64,000 bases of DNA from Schmidtea polychroa. Taxonomy: Eukaryota. The DNA lies in the NCBI GenBank assembly GCA_044892525.1, contig CM097888.1, positions 69,812,001 to 69,876,000 on the forward strand, read 5' to 3'. Below the pieces are notes generated by a model. The model did not search any database and was not told the origin of the DNA. It saw only the letters and a list, made by a program, of their open reading frames with translations. Position 1 is the stretch's first letter. Each line of letters begins with the position of its first letter. This document shows, piece after piece, positions 61,801-64,000 of the stretch. Made by a program: the position numbers and the translations under genes.

Positions 61801-64000
61801 ATGTCCATCATTGGGGTCAATCTTCCCAATTTTTCGTTCTCATAAATGATTTTGTCTTCCTCTTCGAAATTCGTGATGTTGAGCGGTATCACTCCTTCTT
61901 GGTTTATTGTGATTATTTCCCTTGCGAGTGGTAACTCTCGTCGCTTTTCAAATGACTTGCTTGGTTCAAAGATAACTTCTCCTTCCATACCCGTATCCAC
62001 TTTTATCTGACAAATCATCTGCGATTTTGCTGGTACTATTATTTTTTCTGGACATCTGATTACTGCATTCATTTTGCATATTCTACCGGTTTTGTCTTTT
62101 AAACACATGGTGGTTAAGTCAATTACGACTTCTTTTAACAATTCTGGCATCAAATCCGTTCCGATTATGCATGGTACGCTAAGTTTTGGTATTACTGCCA
62201 AATACGTTTCAATTTCGTTGTCCTGGTATCTCAAAGTAGTCCACCATCTTCCGACCACGTCCACTGTTTCTTTACTACATGCTATGATGTGAATTGTTGT
62301 TGATTCGATATCTTTCCAGTGTTTACTGGGGATTTGATTAATCGCTATCGCTGATACATTAGCTCCGGTGTCTATCATAGCATTGGTTTCTTTACCATTG
62401 ATTTGAATCATAACTGTTACTGCTGGACCTCCAGGTAGACTCATTGCTGCTATTGTTCTTACGTCATCTGCTTGATCTACACTTTTGGTACGTCGTGTTG
62501 GCATATAATGCATACCGGGTTGACTCGGTAATTGCGGATACATATTTTGTGTCATGGTCAAAGCTGCTTGTGGTCCCACGATATCCGGTGGTATGTAGCT
62601 TCCATTGGCGATCCAGGTATTTGTCTTTTCCTTTTCCCAATATGGTGCCGTTTCCATTGGTTTTTCGTTTGGGTTTCTGTTTGGATATAGACATTTATCG
62701 TTCCCGTTATCGTCGTCGTCACTATCGCTGTTAGATGATTGGCTTCTAAATCGGTTCAAGAATTTTGGCTTATTCTTTTTCAATTGTCGTCTTGTTGCTT
62801 CATCGTACATTACTTTCCGGAATCGTCTGCCTACTTCTTCGTCGGTTCCTTTAATCTTTGTTAATATTTTAATCAATTGCTTTATCCGATGAATGTCTTT
62901 TGAGTGACCATGTAATACCATGGTTTTAGCTAAAAATGGTAGAAAGCCTACTATCATTTTCCAATTTACTTTCTTTTCTCGCTTGTATATATCAAAACAC
63001 GCTAACATTTGTGTTAGTTTTACTCTGACTATCTGAATTATGAGTATGATCCCTAATATCCCGGCCATCATTTGTCCAAAAACTAAGAATCTTCCCCACA
63101 TTGCTTTCATCATGTTCGATGTGGCTTGTTGAAAATGGTCTGGTGATAGTAGCAGCTCGTAATTCGGGCCTGATTGATAATTTGTTCCCCCCGTTATTGT
63201 AACCATATTTGACAAAATGGATTCTCGTCTGGCTGGGAAGAGTACGTTAAGTCGTGCTGTTTCTAGATCTTCTGGGGAATACATACCACCGTTTGACACG
63301 TCTATAGGTTTGAAATCCAGCTCTGTGGCGAGTTCTATTAATCCAAATTTCTTGGGCTCCTCGGATATGGTTTTTCCCGGTAACATCATCCATTTCCCAT
63401 CGGGTCTTTCATACAAAGGTCCGTATGCATTAGAACAGTTAAAGAGATTTGGGTAGAAACCCACTGGATTCATAATTCTAGTGACTGGTTGGACGAATCG
63501 ATTTTGTCCTTTATAACGGATTTCTAATTCATTTGCACATCTCTTTTCGGGTAGTATGGATTTTTCTGGCATTCGTGCATACGTCTTGGTACACTGGTAT
63601 GTGTACATCACTTCTCCTACCATTCTACCAAAATGTCCATCTGGTAATGGGAGTGATGGCATTGTGTTATCTGGGTGTGTTATCGCAATAGCTAACTTGG
63701 TTTTCAGTATTTCTTTATTCAATGAACAATCGTTTTGTATCAGATCGTAATATACTTTTTGCAAGGTCGTTTGTCCACGGTGAAATAGAAAATCCATTTT
63801 ATTATTTGCATATAAGTATAGTTTTACGTCCTCCGTTGCTATCTTTCCCACTGCTCTATCGATTATTTGTCTCGACATATAGATACCAGCGTAATTGGTT
63901 TTATATACTATACTGTCACATTTGGTGGTTTCTTTCTCTTTGATAAATCTCATACCTAGATCTGGATCGTCTGTGATTAATGCTGTTGGTGTCTTCTGCG
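55881..64000 (-). CDS. Polyprotein >2700 aa: chuvirus-like glycoprotein-TM-protease-RT-RNase H-integrase-2x ankyrin module-membrane tail; 5' end outside window
   Basis: The frame stays open upstream of ATG 63953 (QKTPTALITDDPDLG). G-like GEVMYTYQC..CANEL..FVQPVTRI..C..GKW; TM 63027-63089; DTG 62364-62372; YIDD 61143-61154; ATDASG ~60700; HHCC ~59937-60070; DVVGP, TDQG, ERFN integrase core; GPY ~59135; ankyrins DTPLH, GYTPLMIAA, KNALHHA. Confidence 0.95.
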   Translation of the reverse strand, partial: QKTPTALITDDPDLGMRFIKEKETTKCDSIVYKTNYAGIYMSRQIIDRAVGKIATEDVKLYLYANNKMDFLFHRGQTTLQKVYYDLIQNDCSLNKEILKTKLAIAITHPDNTMPSLPLPDGHFGRMVGEVMYTYQCTKTYARMPEKSILPEKRCANELEIRYKGQNRFVQPVTRIMNPVGFYPNLFNCSNAYGPLYERPDGKWMMLPGKTISEEPKKFGLIELATELDFKPIDVSNGGMYSPEDLETARLNVLFPARRESILSNMVTITGGTNYQSGPNYELLLSPDHFQQATSNMMKAMWGRFLVFGQMMAGILGIILIIQIVRVKLTQMLACFDIYKREKKVNWKMIVGFLPFLAKTMVLHGHSKDIHRIKQLIKILTKIKGTDEEVGRRFRKVMYDEATRRQLKKNKPKFLNRFRSQSSNSDSDDDDNGNDKCLYPNRNPNEKPMETAPYWEKEKTNTWIANGSYIPPDIVGPQAALTMTQNMYPQLPSQPGMHYMPTRRTKSVDQADDVRTIAAMSLPGGPAVTVMIQINGKETNAMIDTGANVSAIAINQIPSKHWKDIESTTIHIIACSKETVDVVGRWWTTLRYQDNEIETYLAVIPKLSVPCIIGTDLMPELLKEVVIDLTTMCLKDKTGRICKMNAVIRCPEKIIVPAKSQMICQIKVDTGMEGEVIFEPSKSFEKRRELPLAREIITINQEGVIPLNITNFEEEDKIIYENEKLGRLTPMMDIELPKVTNEMIKDDELWTIDSMLLTNDEKKKLHRLLVEYKDIFAISDLDLGTCDVTLHAIPLIDETPIALRPYKLAEMQKEIAEAEVQKMLDAKVIEPSCSPWQFPVVMVKKKDGTQRFCIDYRKLNAVTKRDTYPLPDINEMLLMLQGAAYFTSLDLKSGYWQIKVKDEDKEKTAFTLGRDLYQFRKMLFGLTNAPASFQRCMNFVTHGIKQCMVYIDDLLIYSATFEQHLEDIRNVFIRLRQWKLKLKPSKCDWAKEKVTFLGHIVSAKGKEPDPRNIEKIKTCPAPKTVTQVQEFLGLCGYYRKFIKNYAEIAKPIQELVKKDISFIWGKEQQEAFETLRDKLIEAPILVHPDFKKPFLLATDASGYAAGAILGQLDDEGKERVIGYYSRTFKKHEKNYSVTEREALAIIQAIKHFRYLLWGHEICITTDHQPLVWLGQHKEASSRLMRWAMQLQEYSPFIKFKAGRANANADCMSRFIFPDLVDSEMQRICLMVAEDLDFCQLRKNQQEDAELKQIIDYVKTGKTDVYAKDQKLKEHMDKHRHRYIIEKDWLLIMDGEKRLMCIPENRRKELLTQYHDGRLGGHMSSKKTLARMKQKYFWPTLTEDVTEWVKNCLTCATRKNTGSKWKAPLTPMPVPIEPMTMISMDVVGPLPESDRGNVYILVITDFLTKFPEAFAMPDQKAKTIAKILVEEICCRYGTPKQILTDQGTNFMSEIMSEVTNYFKIAKLRTSPYHPQTNGMTERFNGTLIQMLSNYVDRHQRDWDEYINLCLMAYRMSIHASTKMSPFKLMYGRECNMPMDLEYQPPISQYMEIDDYVTKFKERMQEIWETAGLNIKFYQESYKDLHDRKKNVKQHTFQTGDWVMIETPELIPGTTKKLQRNGKGPYEILFVGETNVRVKLVNNPFTRPIYVNVARCKSIPKTATSQPEGRTLTTRSQTYRMNMMQQLAEPITGRLGIQPSEAEKIVKEVKIKIPGWAKDRLDFEILGGLLTMIENYANRERTHPLLRVVKSQWPILFTITDHYGDTPLHKLMKVGNNEQILETIEAFHDCKRSTEQTNNQGYTPLMIAANRGKTKDIITALLDTGSKITTQDHERKNALHHAIEGKSTEAFTSLMELLSYEDNREVGNMYDGLLTAIKEKLTTITGILITWRNPIQNDYMINVNEAFTRGENTLMREAMKGHHLFEIPNQLLERGIKFTNHKDEQLAKKRIDTFEKSIFQFTNQVRNKYWETVSVLYMMDTMNNIRENYLDIIQILTAEERINNPNGKKTKIRYEKSRESKSTTNQTVTNNVIETKSMSIDQEAIIRKAKEVFFEEMLELPDEIILSKIIKAVHTYARDQTTGLDIGKIKTFLPRAFTMVTKDSRTPLQQAILAAKENRAITIMRILGEMGEETNTKNEQGETAMMYAAITKIHPKTLHILHQSGSRLDEKSNEGNSTLDWATIQPNLEMIRFICKNATKEEVENMCKNTSQFQWNTVRKNLEAMKLLLTWKVPQNNKYAINVNEFYENGENAMVKNTLTKGGTPKIILIVLNREDLKFTQNQNEQQRIGKHRRMQLRELVKEWNRKRHAATGRKEFEFEAKLARNRVLTAYRRLLNDINVEDDILNDSGGDKHDDNDGKGRKEDKGKREPEEDKPENKDLDTKREGNSPGTKTKEEEKPNNGKQRVCLPFTNKEIETNMILMIIMLTMIELVTAHGGTRTIKETKEAENQDSKEDELKQEKKKQAQEQQWDLKEEWDLKERCILGRCMSRAYQKLVLINEDTEPITEVRIQEAYRNRDGKRITNVKGKEVHLGKGGEIVITQLQPRREHKVCISRLGPGERCHQYVTQQQPPKEYTVCIWRNESKRECRRYPGKRGKKRKNHDEKNEGGKHKKTGEEAQDNYVSEEEMEKIQKMAKEGMNEEIARIREMMKGNGKRGNEKGIEAISTLTNKEKPENISVKQMMWISGIIITGAFLIITGGDNKNNQR

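Larger units (their letters stand above)
46559..64000 (-). mobile_element. Giant Ty3/Gypsy-type retroelement with envelope-like glycoprotein and accessory gene cassette (5' part outside window)
   Basis: Uninterrupted PR-RT-RH-IN in Gypsy order and seven same-strand intronless ORFs in DNA visibly less AT-rich than the host. The left boundary is inferred from the compositional shift and TGTAGTG at 46559. No LTR pair or PPT could be confirmed. Confidence 0.75.

Noticed and set aside
51372-63943. Many short plus-strand and alternate-frame ORFs over the giant element
   Set aside because: Shadows of long A-rich minus-strand coding sequence (F/S/L-rich translations) with no independent motifs.
1-64000. 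tRNA or rRNA genes
   Set aside because: No cloverleaf or rRNA-like sequence recognised by eye.

Overview
This is AT-rich eukaryotic DNA, not prokaryotic. The 45-57 nt introns, long (ATT)n runs and the repeat complement suggest a planarian-like flatworm such as Schmidtea; that assignment is inference. Two spliced host genes can be modelled with consistent phases: an even-skipped/Evx homeobox gene (minus strand, 14969-19237) and a coiled-coil gene resembling the Cep57 N-terminus (plus strand, about 25381-38000). They sit among nested transposon remnants: several hAT elements with TIRs and 8-bp TSDs, a Polinton/Maverick pPolB relic, two decayed Gypsy elements, a Penelope element with hammerhead-ribozyme motifs, a pogo/piggyBac chimera, a Tigger split by a 1.2-kb solo LTR, and an actin pseudogene. 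The standout is the last ~17 kb (about 46559 to beyond 64000, minus strand): an apparently intact giant Ty3/Gypsy-type element. Its single >2700-codon ORF, open at the window edge, reads chuvirus-like (class III) fusion glycoprotein + TM, protease, RT, RNase H, integrase, two tandem 340-aa ankyrin modules, then an internal signal-like segment, a Cys repeat and a C-terminal TM. Six intronless same-strand accessory ORFs follow: a complete RING-Zn-MATH TRAF, three coiled-coil proteins, a type I membrane protein and a possible transactivator. Five of the six have a YAG just before an in-frame ATG. All family calls come from motif recognition by eye; no database searches were run.
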